IMG/VR virus record: IMGVR_UViG_3300011102_000065
Location: 1 to 43,279 of that record
Reading direction: 5' to 3' (one strand)
From: a virus
Lineage: Duplodnaviria > Caudoviricetes
Length of the DNA: 43,279 bases
The notes beneath the pieces were generated by a model. That model was given only the letters and a program-made list of their open reading frames with translations. It searched no databases and was not told where the DNA came from. Positions 8,399 to 18,306 of this stretch are shown one piece after another. Position numbers and translations under genes: made by a program. Numbering within the stretch: position 1 is the stretch's first letter; each line of letters begins with the position of its first letter.

Positions 8399-9508
8399 AT
8401 GACTATGTCCACCGACGATACCGAACTCGACAAGTACATTAACGATCTTGCCGACATCAAGGATGATCCCGATCCCGGAACCGCTGCCGATGATACGGTG
8501 GATGATAACGATGAGCCGGATGCAGGAGACGGCGCAGGAAGCGGCCAGCCTAACGAGCAGAATGTTGGCACGGATCAGCAAGATCAAGGTGCCGATCCTA
8601 ACGTTGGTGGGCAGAAGCAGAAAGACAATGGCAAGAAGGGTCAACAGCCCGGCAAAGGCAAGAAAGCTACAGGACAGGACGAACTGCGTCCTCTTGGTGA
8701 CGGAGTCTTTGCGAACAGTCGAGGTGACATCGTAGATCAGTCTGGAAAGCTGATCGCACAGAACGGCTTTGCTGCACGCATGTACCAGACTAACCGTCGG
8801 CTGCGTGCACAGCTTGACGAACGTACGAACGATCTGCTCCGCATCCAGCAGCAGGTCGGTGAGGTACGTGCTCTCTCATCGTCGATCCAGCAGTATGGGC
8901 TGTCAAACGACGAGGCCGCGAAGGCGCTCGATATGGCTGGGCGCATGAAGCGCGGGGACGTGTTAGGTGTTGCCAAGGACATCCTTGCGATGATCGCCGC
9001 GCAAGGATATAATGTCACTGACTTGCTTGGTAGTGAGGTTGGCGATAGCCTCGAACTCCGCGCTGTCAAGCAAATGCTTGATGAACGTCTTGCTCCGATC
9101 ACCCGACAGGAGCAGGATAGGCGGCAACAAGAGTATGCTGCGGAACAAGGCCGACAGGCTTATGAGCGCTTCGTCGCAGAGAACGAATACGCTGACATTC
9201 ATGCTGGCGATATCGTGCAAATCATGCAGCGTGAGCATGTCACGCCGCAGGTTGCGTACAACAGGCTAATGCAGTTCGCGAGTATCAATCGTCTGGACTT
9301 CTCAAAGCCTCTTGGTCCGCAGGTCGTTGCACGTATCCAAGAGCAGCAGCGACGTCAGCAACAGCCGAACAACCGGCAACAGCAGAAACCCATGCCTAAT
9401 GGAGCAGCAACCCGCACTAGCGGAGCCGTCCCCACAATGCCGCTTGCAGGAGCGGATGATGACTGGGGTACAATCATTTCTGAGGTTCAACGAACGCTTG
9501 GCAACTAA
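8399..9508 (+). CDS. Capsid scaffolding protein
   Basis: Lies between portal and capsid; acidic disordered N-terminus and coiled coils. Confidence 0.7.
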   Translation: MTMSTDDTELDKYINDLADIKDDPDPGTAADDTVDDNDEPDAGDGAGSGQPNEQNVGTDQQDQGADPNVGGQKQKDNGKKGQQPGKGKKATGQDELRPLGDGVFANSRGDIVDQSGKLIAQNGFAARMYQTNRRLRAQLDERTNDLLRIQQQVGEVRALSSSIQQYGLSNDEAAKALDMAGRMKRGDVLGVAKDILAMIAAQGYNVTDLLGSEVGDSLELRAVKQMLDERLAPITRQEQDRRQQEYAAEQGRQAYERFVAENEYADIHAGDIVQIMQREHVTPQVAYNRLMQFASINRLDFSKPLGPQVVARIQEQQRRQQQPNNRQQQKPMPNGAATRTSGAVPTMPLAGADDDWGTIISEVQRTLGN

Positions 9509-9538
9509 TGGGCGTTGCCAAAACAGGAGCGTAAGGTA

Positions 9539-10489
9539 ATGGCACTCGATACTGTGCTGCATGCAACGCTCGAACGTTCGCGGAAGAAGCTCATCATGGC
9601 TTCCCTGAAGTCGAATGCTTTCATGGCGTGGGCTTTTTCTACGAAGCGTGTCGAGGTGGAGGATGGTGGTTACAACATCACCAATCCTCTTACGGTCGGA
9701 CGAAATCCGAACGTCACTTCGTTCTCGTACTATGACTCTCTGCCGGTCGCACAGACTGACGAATTCACGACTGTTGAGTATCGTTGGTCTCGTGTTGGCG
9801 GTACGGTCATCATCTCCGATCAGGAGCAGGACGAGAACAAGGGACAGTCGCAGATTTTCAAGATTCTCAAAGCCAAGATGGAAGTCTTGGAAGAGAGCAT
9901 CAAGGAAAAGTTTTCGTCCTATCTCTACGGTGCTGGTGCGGGTAAGGATCCGTACGGCCTCGAAGCGCTCATTCCCGATGATCCTACTACGGGAACACTT
10001 GGCGGCATCAATCGTGCTACCGAGTCGCAGTGGCGTACGTCGGCGTATGACTTCGGTGCTGGCGGCATCACGTCGTCTAACATCGAAGAGGCGTTCGACG
10101 ACATTCTGATGGACCTCACGATCAAGGGCGAGAAGCCTGATCTCATTCTCGCTGGGCGTGATATCTATCGGAAGTACCGGGCGGCTGTGCGAGACAAGCT
10201 CGTCATCAACCTTGGTGAACTCAAGGCCGGTAAGGGCATGGTTGACCTCGGTTTTGGCGGGATTGCGCACGACAAAATCCCGATCGTGTACGACGAGGAT
10301 TGCCCCGTCAACAAGGCGTACTTCATCAACAGCAAGTATCTGCGGCTTCACATGCTCAAGGGCGTGAACATGAAGACGAAGGAACTTGCTGCTCCGTGGG
10401 ATACGGATGCCATCGGTCGTCGCGTCATCTGGCAGGGTCAGTTCTGCCTGTGGCGTGCTTACCGTACGCATGCCGTGCTAATCTCGTAA
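9539..10489 (+). CDS. Major capsid protein
   Basis: About 316 aa after the scaffold, strong codon bias, capsid-like segments (GTLGGINRATESQWR; AYFINSKYLRL). Start moved to ATG 9539. Confidence 0.85.
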   Translation: MALDTVLHATLERSRKKLIMASLKSNAFMAWAFSTKRVEVEDGGYNITNPLTVGRNPNVTSFSYYDSLPVAQTDEFTTVEYRWSRVGGTVIISDQEQDENKGQSQIFKILKAKMEVLEESIKEKFSSYLYGAGAGKDPYGLEALIPDDPTTGTLGGINRATESQWRTSAYDFGAGGITSSNIEEAFDDILMDLTIKGEKPDLILAGRDIYRKYRAAVRDKLVINLGELKAGKGMVDLGFGGIAHDKIPIVYDEDCPVNKAYFINSKYLRLHMLKGVNMKTKELAAPWDTDAIGRRVIWQGQFCLWRAYRTHAVLIS

Positions 10490-10499
10490 GGGGGCGCAT

Positions 10500-10805
10500 A
10501 TGACTACTCGAATTGCTGCTCCTAATCGGCCGCGCATCGTTCCGGCATTCATGGTGCAGAAGCTCGAAGGTCAGGTTGAACGCACGATGATTGTGTTCGA
10601 CAAGGAAGGTCGCAAGATGGAAAAGACCGTCAAGGTCGATGCCGGATATCTTGTGTCGTTCCCGACCAAGGGCCACAGCATCCGAGTGAAGGACGCGAAC
10701 GAACTCAAGCGGCTTGGCTTCGACAAGACGATCCCGCTTGTCGATGACAGCGCAGACAACGACGATGTGGTTGGTGAACTCGCCAATCCCGTCGCTGTTG
10801 TGTAA
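10500..10805 (+). CDS. Hypothetical head-associated protein (101 aa)
   Basis: GAGGGG RBS; follows the capsid gene. Confidence 0.75.
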   Translation: MTTRIAAPNRPRIVPAFMVQKLEGQVERTMIVFDKEGRKMEKTVKVDAGYLVSFPTKGHSIRVKDANELKRLGFDKTIPLVDDSADNDDVVGELANPVAVV

Positions 10806-10816
10806 GGAGAGGTACG

Positions 10817-11479
10817 ATGACGGCAAAGGGTGATTTCTTCCCTCGTCGTATCAACGATCACGTTCCGAACATGCAGTACGCTGCTGATGTTCGGTTCGGT
10901 GGCGTCGGTACGATTGTCATCCCCGCTCCCCGCTCTGCTGCAACGCTTGTTGCGGCTCTCAGTGGTAGTGTTGGCGTCACATATGTGAACCTCGAACTTG
11001 ATGGCAAGTTCGGACGTAACGTGACTGTGACGGCTTCGGCTGCTACTGGCGGGGCGAGTGGTGTGACGGTTCGCGGCAAGGACTATCTCGGCCAGCCTAT
11101 GGTTGAGTTTATCGCTGTTGCGAACGCTGACGGCACGACTCCTAAGGCGGGTAAGAAGGCGTTCAAGTACATCGATAGTCTCGAAGTTACTGATGCGACT
11201 ACTGGTGCTACTTTCGCCATCGCTGAAGGCAACGTGCTCGGACTTCCGTACAAGTCTCAGAAGCTCATCAGTGAGCTTGTGAACAAGGAAGTCCCTGCGA
11301 ACGCTGGCACGCTTGTTGACGGCATCGCGACTGGTGCGTCGCAGAGCACTACGAGTGACGATCCTCGTGGCACGTACGCACCTCACTCGTCTGTAGTTCC
11401 GAACGGCTCGCGTGAGTATGAGCTTACCATCATGCACGATAACAGCAATCTGCATGGTGATGCTCACTACTTCGCGTAA
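10817..11479 (+). CDS. Putative capsid decoration / structural protein (220 aa)
   Basis: AGGAGAGG RBS; Thr/Ala/Gly-rich beta-type composition; lies before the post-capsid hairpin. Confidence 0.6.
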   Translation: MTAKGDFFPRRINDHVPNMQYAADVRFGGVGTIVIPAPRSAATLVAALSGSVGVTYVNLELDGKFGRNVTVTASAATGGASGVTVRGKDYLGQPMVEFIAVANADGTTPKAGKKAFKYIDSLEVTDATTGATFAIAEGNVLGLPYKSQKLISELVNKEVPANAGTLVDGIATGASQSTTSDDPRGTYAPHSSVVPNGSREYELTIMHDNSNLHGDAHYFA

Positions 11480-11501
11480 GCCGCGACAAACACAGTGAGT
11501 A

Positions 11502-11534
11502 GTGTGGGTGCGTTCTTCTTGAGCGCACCCACAC
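11502..11534 (+). terminator. Long hairpin after the head genes (attenuator or mRNA-stabilising structure)
   Basis: GTGTGGGTGCGTTC-ttctt-GAGCGCACCCACAC; no strong U tract. Confidence 0.6.
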
Positions 11535-11552
11535 CTGTATCAGGAGCAGAAG

Positions 11553-12203
11553 ATGGCCACGATCAAGCAGCTTATTGAGCGCATCGAGACACGTTTGTTC
11601 ATGGTCGCTGGCCTAGACGTGCAAATTCACGCAGAAGGTCAGATTGAGGAGATGCTGCGTGGCGTCTATAACTCGCTCTTTGATGACTTCTGGTATCCTG
11701 AGTTTACGCTATTTCACACAGCGCAACTCAATGGTACGACTGGCGAAGTGAACGAAGACCTGTCTAATAAAATTCTTCGCTTCAAGGATATTCACACCGT
11801 GTACTGGGATGAGGAAGAAGATCCCCTCCCGCGTCTGACTCCCGGCGCGTCGCTGAGTCGAGTCCGCACACGGTGCATCATGCCATCTGGCAATCCGCAG
11901 TCTGTGTTCAAGCTGTACCCAACCGACGAGACTGGGCCTGTGCACATCTGGTATCGAACGCGCATCGCAGATGATGTGTGGGAGAACCAAAAGTACGACA
12001 CGGTCATCAACATGGATGACGAAGTGCTCATGCTCGGTGTCGTATACGAATTTCTCGTGATGGACGACAGCAACGCTACGGCTGCACAAGAGTACAAAGC
12101 GAAGTATCAGCTTCGGCAGAAGCAGATACGTGATGCTCAGTGGGATATTCCGATCAACAAGCGCAAGCTTGAGCGCGATGGTCCGCTCACTCGTTGGGAA
12201 TAA
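11553..12203 (+). CDS. Head-tail adaptor (tail tubular A-like)
   Basis: 216 aa; position and helical N- and C-termini typical of podovirus adaptors; AGGAG RBS. Confidence 0.65.
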   Translation: MATIKQLIERIETRLFMVAGLDVQIHAEGQIEEMLRGVYNSLFDDFWYPEFTLFHTAQLNGTTGEVNEDLSNKILRFKDIHTVYWDEEEDPLPRLTPGASLSRVRTRCIMPSGNPQSVFKLYPTDETGPVHIWYRTRIADDVWENQKYDTVINMDDEVLMLGVVYEFLVMDDSNATAAQEYKAKYQLRQKQIRDAQWDIPINKRKLERDGPLTRWE

Positions 12204-12206
12204 AGC

Positions 12207-14552
12207 ATGGCTAGATCCCGGCTCGATAGCACGACAATTCGCGACTTCGGTGGCGGCTGGAACGTGAGTGACAGTGATCTCAACTTGAACTCACGCTACC
12301 AACCGATCAGTGACAACGTTGTGCGCGGAATTGATGGCTCATTGACTGTTCGGCACGGAATGAGCCTTCATGCCGACTTCAAAACAGGCACAGAGACTGT
12401 GCGTGAAGGATCGCACACGTTTAGTGTTGTGACCGGTAGTGCGCACGTTGATATCGTAGTGACTGGTCATGGGCTTTCCTCGGGTGATCACGTTACTGTG
12501 GTCGGTGCTGTGGCTATCGGCGGGATTCCTGCTAGCGATATCAATCGAACACATTCGGTTCTGGTGATCGACGCTGATACGCTGCGTGTGTACACACGTA
12601 CACTAGCGACGTCTACGGACTCCGCGTCGGTGGTCACGAAGCTCACGCTCGACGACCATCTGCTTGCTGGCAACATCATCCACAATCAGTACTTCAACCG
12701 CCGATTGCTCCTGTTCACGGATATCGGTGAGGTTGGCACTGCGGATGATAGCGGTAACATCGAACGCATTTGGGGCACAGCAGAAGCGGAAGCGCTAACG
12801 CCGGGGCTCGTTCCCACACGTTGGTGCGATCACTGGTCGAGTACGACATTCAAATCTACCGTGATCGCGTGCAACGGATACGACAAAGACAAGCCGATCC
12901 AAATCAAGGACGACTTCACTGTCGAATTCCTTGTGGACAAGGCGACTAACTCTAACGCGGCTGTGCCTCGTGCAGATTATGTCGTGGCGCTGCAAGGATA
13001 CGTCGTGTTCATTCGTACTGAGTACGGCGACCCGTTCGTCGAAATTAGTGCGAGGGGAACTGATGGCACGTTCACACGTGATACCAATCCCGCAGATGCT
13101 GTCGAAGTTGACTTGTCAATGATCACGGCGTCTGTGGAGCCTGTTTTGCTCGGTGCCGCACCTATTCGTGAGAAGTTGTACACAGCGTTCTATGATGCTG
13201 GCATGATCGGTGCACTCGGCATCTATGACAACAACGGCAAGCACACACCAGACTTTAGTGACACGATTTCTGAGAACGGAACCGTGTCGCATCGCACGAT
13301 GGTTCCGCTCGGTAACGACGTCTTCATGTGTGACTACGCTGGCGTGCCTTCGGTCACGATCTCGCAACAGTCTGGTATCTATGTTCCTGTGCGGCTGTCT
13401 GAGCTAATCGCTCCGGCTATTCAGGCGCACTTGAGTGCTCTGACTGCTGACACGCTACGTACGAAGGCGTTCGCTGTGTTCAATCGCAACGACCGCACGT
13501 ACATGTTGTTCCTGCCGATCTATGAGGAAGTCGCTCGTACAGCGCTTGAAGATCCGTTCATCTTCAACGACGATCTTCGTGCAAAGAACTGGGCCATCGT
13601 CCGCGCACCAGAGCATCGTCTGTTCGCGCAGTCGAACATTGTCGTCTCAGGTGCTACGGACATTGGCGATCTACCTGCGTCGAGCATCAACGGGCGTCGT
13701 CGTGTTGTCAGTGTGATCGACAAGGATACGTTCGTCATCGAGCTTGGCGGTGCTCCTACGTCAACCGACACTACGTCTGGTGGTGGGAACAGCGTTACGA
13801 TCACGCCTGTGAATGATGAGACACTTGTGTACGTGTTCGAGTACAACAAGGAATTTAAAATTCGTAGGTGGACACGTTATCGTGGATGGAACTTCGATTG
13901 CGCATGCTCGTCGCAACGTGGCAAGGTCTTCATGGCGAAGGGCCTCAAGGTCTACCGCATGGGAGACAACGAAGTTCCGTTGCACGCTGACTTCGTCAAT
14001 GACTACGACCATCGCGTGTGGAAAAACTCGACGCTGTACGAGGCCGGTACACGTGTACGAGACACTGATGGCACTGTCTACCGGGCACTTGTGACGCACA
14101 CAAGTGATGCTACAGGCACGTTCCGTGACTATCGGGATGCGCACCTAAATGATTGGGAAGTGTATCCCGGTGAGCCGATCAATTGGGAAGTCGAGACACC
14201 ATGGTCGGACATGCGCACACGTGGGCGCAACAAGATCAACAAGTATATCAGCATCGACAGCGAAGGTTATGACCGCTTCACTGTTAGTGCGTTCGTCAAC
14301 AAGATCAGGAACAAGCCGACAACGAACGAACTCATCCCATATCGATCGCTCGACTTCCAAGCAGGCGACACCGGTGGTTGGGGCATACAGAACTCAGGTA
14401 ACTGGGGTGGCGGCAGGCGCACACGCGAAGAAAAGGTGTGGCCGTTTTCTGTGCGTGGCAAGCTCATTCGCTGGCGCTATTCCGGTAGCACAACGAAGCG
14501 TGTTCGCATCATCTCGCACACAATGTACTACATGCTAGGAAACATCCGATGA
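12207..14552 (+). CDS. Tail nozzle / hub (tail tubular B- or P22 gp10-like) with inserted modules
   Basis: Starts RDFGGGWN; beta-propeller-like composition; 781 aa after the adaptor. Confidence 0.7.
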   Translation: MARSRLDSTTIRDFGGGWNVSDSDLNLNSRYQPISDNVVRGIDGSLTVRHGMSLHADFKTGTETVREGSHTFSVVTGSAHVDIVVTGHGLSSGDHVTVVGAVAIGGIPASDINRTHSVLVIDADTLRVYTRTLATSTDSASVVTKLTLDDHLLAGNIIHNQYFNRRLLLFTDIGEVGTADDSGNIERIWGTAEAEALTPGLVPTRWCDHWSSTTFKSTVIACNGYDKDKPIQIKDDFTVEFLVDKATNSNAAVPRADYVVALQGYVVFIRTEYGDPFVEISARGTDGTFTRDTNPADAVEVDLSMITASVEPVLLGAAPIREKLYTAFYDAGMIGALGIYDNNGKHTPDFSDTISENGTVSHRTMVPLGNDVFMCDYAGVPSVTISQQSGIYVPVRLSELIAPAIQAHLSALTADTLRTKAFAVFNRNDRTYMLFLPIYEEVARTALEDPFIFNDDLRAKNWAIVRAPEHRLFAQSNIVVSGATDIGDLPASSINGRRRVVSVIDKDTFVIELGGAPTSTDTTSGGGNSVTITPVNDETLVYVFEYNKEFKIRRWTRYRGWNFDCACSSQRGKVFMAKGLKVYRMGDNEVPLHADFVNDYDHRVWKNSTLYEAGTRVRDTDGTVYRALVTHTSDATGTFRDYRDAHLNDWEVYPGEPINWEVETPWSDMRTRGRNKINKYISIDSEGYDRFTVSAFVNKIRNKPTTNELIPYRSLDFQAGDTGGWGIQNSGNWGGGRRTREEKVWPFSVRGKLIRWRYSGSTTKRVRIISHTMYYMLGNIR

Positions 14553-16114
14553 CTGGCACGATCAAGCGCACTACAACGCATTATAATATGCGTATCCCGA
14601 TCTTTGACGCGCCGGGATGGGGTCGAGAGCTCGAACGCAATCTCGACATCCTAGACGCCGTTGTCTTCGCTTCAACAAACTTTTCGCTTGTGAAAGGTTT
14701 GTGGACGAATTCAACGCTGTACGACGTCGGTGATCGTGTGGTGGATGAAGACACCAACACGATTTGGGAATGCTTGGTTCAGCACACAAGCCCTGCGACC
14801 GGCTCGTTCGAAGACGCTCGCACAGCTAACCCTACGTATTGGCAGATCGTTTCGACGATTGTGCAGAACCGTGGTGTATGGCAGCCGGGCACGTCATATA
14901 AGTACAACGACTTTGTCGAATTTGGCAACAAAGTCGCTGTTACGGTTGTGCCTACGTATACGTCTGGCGCATCGTTCGACGATGATGTTGCGAACAACAA
15001 TCTGCATGTCGTGATCGATCTTGATCCGCAAGTTTCTGCGGCGTCTGCCAGTGCTGGGGCTGCTGCGGCTTCCGCTTCTGCGGCTCAAACAAGTGAGATA
15101 AATGCTGCGAGCAGTGCTAGTGCTGCTTCTGTGAGTGCGGGCAATGCTAGCGCTAGTGCTGGTGCTGCTGCGTCGTCTGCTAGTGCTGCTTCTGTAAGCG
15201 CTTCGAACGCTGCATCCAGTGCCTCGCAAGCTGCGTCGTCCAAGTCCGACGCAGAGGCGGCTAAGACTGCCTCAGAGTCGGCGCGGGATCAGGCTCAGAC
15301 GTATCGCAACGAGGCCCTCAATTTCCGAAATGAGGCGGAAGGCTTCAAGGATGACGCCGAAGCAGCCGCAGCAGCAGCAGCGACGTTCGATCCAGACAAC
15401 TTCTACACCAAGACTGCGGCTAATGGCTTGTTCTTCCCGAAGACCGGCGGCGCCCTGACCGGCCCTTTGGTGGCTATCAAGGATCTGGTCGCTCAGGCTA
15501 CGTCCGGCGACAACGCGCATGTCTGGCTGCGGAACGCCGATGGAAAGGCTCGCGGCCTCTTGTATTGGGACCGCAACACGGGCGTTGTCGTCCTGCGTGT
15601 CTATACCGATGACGGAAACGGAAACGACATCGCCGCCGGAAGCCTCGTGCTCACTGCCAACGGCACGATGACCTTCAATGGCAACACGGTCTATCACGCC
15701 GGTCACAAGGCGACTGCGGACCAGTTCCGCTCAGGCACAGCGAACACGATCCTGACCTCGGATAACGTCTGGGCGGCGGCTGGCTATGTCGGCCTGTCCG
15801 GTGCCGTGGGCTTGACGCTCGCGGCAGGCACTTACACGCCTAACTTCAATGCAGGCATCAACTTCTACAACGTGCTCGGCGGCAACATCACGATCGGCAA
15901 CCCGACGAATACCAAACCAGGCCAGACCGGCTTGATCGTCCTTCAACAGGACGGGACAGGCGGCAGGACGGTAGCGTTCGGATCGGCATGGAAGTTCGCC
16001 AACAACACCGTGCCGCCGATGAACACTAGCAACTCCCGAGTCAACGTTATCGCCTATCAGGTGCTGCACAGCGGGTTCGTGATCGGCTCCATCATTGCGG
16101 GGCTCGTGCCATGA
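14549..16114 (+). CDS. Tail fibre protein
   Basis: N-terminal W-x4-Y-x2-[GN]D-x-V modules, Ser/Ala stalk, KTGGALTG fibre motif, C-terminal LQQDGTGGRTVAF domain. Confidence 0.85.
   Translation: MTGTIKRTTTHYNMRIPIFDAPGWGRELERNLDILDAVVFASTNFSLVKGLWTNSTLYDVGDRVVDEDTNTIWECLVQHTSPATGSFEDARTANPTYWQIVSTIVQNRGVWQPGTSYKYNDFVEFGNKVAVTVVPTYTSGASFDDDVANNNLHVVIDLDPQVSAASASAGAAAASASAAQTSEINAASSASAASVSAGNASASAGAAASSASAASVSASNAASSASQAASSKSDAEAAKTASESARDQAQTYRNEALNFRNEAEGFKDDAEAAAAAAATFDPDNFYTKTAANGLFFPKTGGALTGPLVAIKDLVAQATSGDNAHVWLRNADGKARGLLYWDRNTGVVVLRVYTDDGNGNDIAAGSLVLTANGTMTFNGNTVYHAGHKATADQFRSGTANTILTSDNVWAAAGYVGLSGAVGLTLAAGTYTPNFNAGINFYNVLGGNITIGNPTNTKPGQTGLIVLQQDGTGGRTVAFGSAWKFANNTVPPMNTSNSRVNVIAYQVLHSGFVIGSIIAGLVP
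15037..15260 (+). repeat. Ser/Ala low-complexity repeats in the tail fibre stalk
   Basis: AASSASAASVSA recurs with a 21-aa (63-bp) period. Confidence 0.7.
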
Positions 16115-16755
16115 TTCCCGGTCTTGTCAATGCTTTGCTAGTCGTTGGCAATGTCGTGCCGGGTTCAGCCGACTACACAACTCCCGGCACCTATTCTTTC
16201 GTAGTCCCGAACTACAACACACTACGTCGTCGTGTTTGGGGCGCGGGAGGTTCTGGTAGTGCGACTTGGGCAGGCACCAGTTACGACGGTGCCAACGGTG
16301 GCCCATCGTCTTGCGGAACCGTGTCATCTGGCGGTGGACAAGGTGGTCGTCGTTATGCCGACGGAGTCTTCGGTGCTGGCGGTGCCGGTGGCTCAGGCAT
16401 GACCGCTAACGGTGGGAATGGTGGTGCTGGCTATAACTATACTGGCGGCCCCGGTGGTAGCTCACCTAACGGTGGTGCGGGCACGCCCGGTACATCAGGA
16501 CAAGGCGTCTGGTCTCAGAACGGCGGCTATCCCGGCGGCGGATCGGGTGGCGTTGTTGGTTATGGCGTTGCGGCGGGTGGCGGCGGCGGCGCAGGCGGCT
16601 ATTCGGACATCACGGTCTCGGTGGGATCACCCGGCGCACCCGTTCCGGGAGAAACGCTGACTGTTGTGGTCGGTACTGGCGGCACTCCGATCTCCGATGG
16701 TTGGGAACAGTCCGGCCAAGGCGGGCACGGTCGCGTTATCATTGATTGGAGCTGA
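16111..16755 (+). CDS. Glycine-rich tail fibre tip / receptor-binding accessory protein
   Basis: YTTPGTYSFVVP...VWGAGGSG...GGGGGAGGY...TVVVGTGG...GGHGRVIIDW glycine-rich domain. Confidence 0.75.
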   Translation: MIPGLVNALLVVGNVVPGSADYTTPGTYSFVVPNYNTLRRRVWGAGGSGSATWAGTSYDGANGGPSSCGTVSSGGGQGGRRYADGVFGAGGAGGSGMTANGGNGGAGYNYTGGPGGSSPNGGAGTPGTSGQGVWSQNGGYPGGGSGGVVGYGVAAGGGGGAGGYSDITVSVGSPGAPVPGETLTVVVGTGGTPISDGWEQSGQGGHGRVIIDWS

Positions 16756-16757
16756 CG

Positions 16758-17276
16758 ATGGCACTTGCAATCCTGAGAAACGGCGTATGGGAGCGATGGG
16801 ACGGCTGGCTTAACGAGGCGCAGCACAACGTGTACGATGTTGAGCGTTGCTGGTCGCCGTCCGATTTAGAAGACGCAGGACTCGCCGTGATTCTACCGGC
16901 GATCATTCCGCCCGGTAAGGTAGCCGTTGGCGAACCATTCCTTGTGGACGACAACGGCGCACCACGTGAGGCGTACACACTCGAAGATGTGCCGCCACCA
17001 CCGCCGCCGACACTTGATGACTACAGACAAGCAGTGCAGGCACACATTGACGTTACGGCACAGCAGCGTCAGTACGACAGTGGCTACACGTGTGCCTCCT
17101 ACGTCAGCTCGACTAACCCGCTATGGGCGTCTGAAGCGTTGGCGTTTGTGGCGTGGCGAGATGCTGTTTGGGAATATGCATTCACCGAACTCGACAAAGT
17201 ACAGAACGATCAACGACCTGTGCCGACTATTGAGGACTTCATAAATGAACTTCCTGCCATGGTGTGGCCTGCGTAA
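16758..17276 (+). CDS. Tail fibre assembly-associated protein (DUF4376-like)
   Basis: AVQAHID..AQQRQYDS...WASEALAFVAWRDAVW...ELPAMVWP pattern seen in genes after fibre genes. Confidence 0.65.
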   Translation: MALAILRNGVWERWDGWLNEAQHNVYDVERCWSPSDLEDAGLAVILPAIIPPGKVAVGEPFLVDDNGAPREAYTLEDVPPPPPPTLDDYRQAVQAHIDVTAQQRQYDSGYTCASYVSSTNPLWASEALAFVAWRDAVWEYAFTELDKVQNDQRPVPTIEDFINELPAMVWPA

Positions 17277-17282
17277 CTGGGG

Positions 17283-18047
17283 ATGAGCATGTCTGACAAG
17301 TATTACGTATACCGCCCGCTGCTTGACTTGATCGCAAACACGGAAGGCACACAGCGTCGTCGCAACTACAATGAGACACTCGCTTACGGTGCGTACACCG
17401 GTGGCGATGTTAATCTCGTCGAGATGACGCTTCGTGAGATCGACGAGCTACAGACGAAGATGCTCAAGCATCCGAAGAACAAGTTCCGCTCGTCTGCGCT
17501 CGGACGGTATCAGATCGTACGCACGACGCTCCGAGAGATCAAGCAGGCACTCAACCTGCCGGATGATGCGTTGTTTGACGCCGATATGCAGGATCGCATG
17601 GCGTGTTATCTGCTTGGCAAGCGCGGCATCGACAAGTACCTCTCCGGTCGTCTGAAAGAGGACACGCTCATCAACAACCTTGCTCAGGAATGGGCATCGC
17701 TTCCGACGACAGAGAACAAGGGATACTACGACGGTCAGCGTGCTCACACGTCTGTGGATATGGTTCGTTCCACGCTTGCTCTTGTGAAGCGTCGTCACGA
17801 AGAAGAGCAGCCAAAGCAGGTCGTTGTTCCTGATCCCGGCGAGTTGTCGAAGCATCCGATGCATTCCAAGACTGTGTGGCAGTGGATCACGACGTCAATT
17901 CTTGTGCCCCTGCTTGCTACGGTCAATCATCCGTACGTTCAGGGGCTCATCATCTTCATCGTCGCTATGCTGGCCTTGTATGCGATCAAGCGTCGTTTCG
18001 ATCTTTACAAGGAAGCCTCCGCGTTGCTGGAAAAGTACGATGCTTAA
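17283..18047 (+). CDS. Endolysin (lambda R/GH104-like lysozyme fold) with C-terminal hydrophobic segments
   Basis: LLDLIANTEG (catalytic Glu), SSALGRYQI, EWASLP; two hydrophobic stretches near the C-terminus. Confidence 0.85.
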   Translation: MSMSDKYYVYRPLLDLIANTEGTQRRRNYNETLAYGAYTGGDVNLVEMTLREIDELQTKMLKHPKNKFRSSALGRYQIVRTTLREIKQALNLPDDALFDADMQDRMACYLLGKRGIDKYLSGRLKEDTLINNLAQEWASLPTTENKGYYDGQRAHTSVDMVRSTLALVKRRHEEEQPKQVVVPDPGELSKHPMHSKTVWQWITTSILVPLLATVNHPYVQGLIIFIVAMLALYAIKRRFDLYKEASALLEKYDA

Positions 18048-18306
18048 GTACGTGTACATATGTGCGGGTGTGTGCGCTGGCATACTTGTCAGCGCATTCC
18101 CCTCGTACCTGCTGGGCTACAACTCTGGCAAGCGTGTAGCTCAGATTGAACAACTTAAGGCTGACGTCGATGCACGTATCAAGCGTGAGGGCATTAACAA
18201 TGACGTACGCAGCATGGATCGTTATGCCATTTGCATTGATCTTGGCGGGATGCCAGACCAGTGCGACGAATTGCGCAGGATGGAACAAGCCGCCGAAACC
18301 AAATGA
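18040..18306 (+). CDS. i-spanin (Rz-like)
   Basis: Start at ATG 18040 (MLKYVYICAGVCAGILVSAF); N-terminal TM plus coiled coil; overlaps a lipoprotein ORF. Confidence 0.75.
   Translation: MLKYVYICAGVCAGILVSAFPSYLLGYNSGKRVAQIEQLKADVDARIKREGINNDVRSMDRYAICIDLGGMPDQCDELRRMEQAAETK

Noticed and set aside
9302-11467. Long antisense ORFs (9302-10471, 10571-11467; likewise 25093-25905, 30899-31738, 32396-33331, 36827-37627)
   Set aside because: They are shadows of strongly codon-biased genes on the other strand, with no recognisable motifs.
14549-17276. Diversity-generating retroelement or invertible tail fibre switch
   Set aside because: No reverse transcriptase, invertase or duplicated template region was seen.
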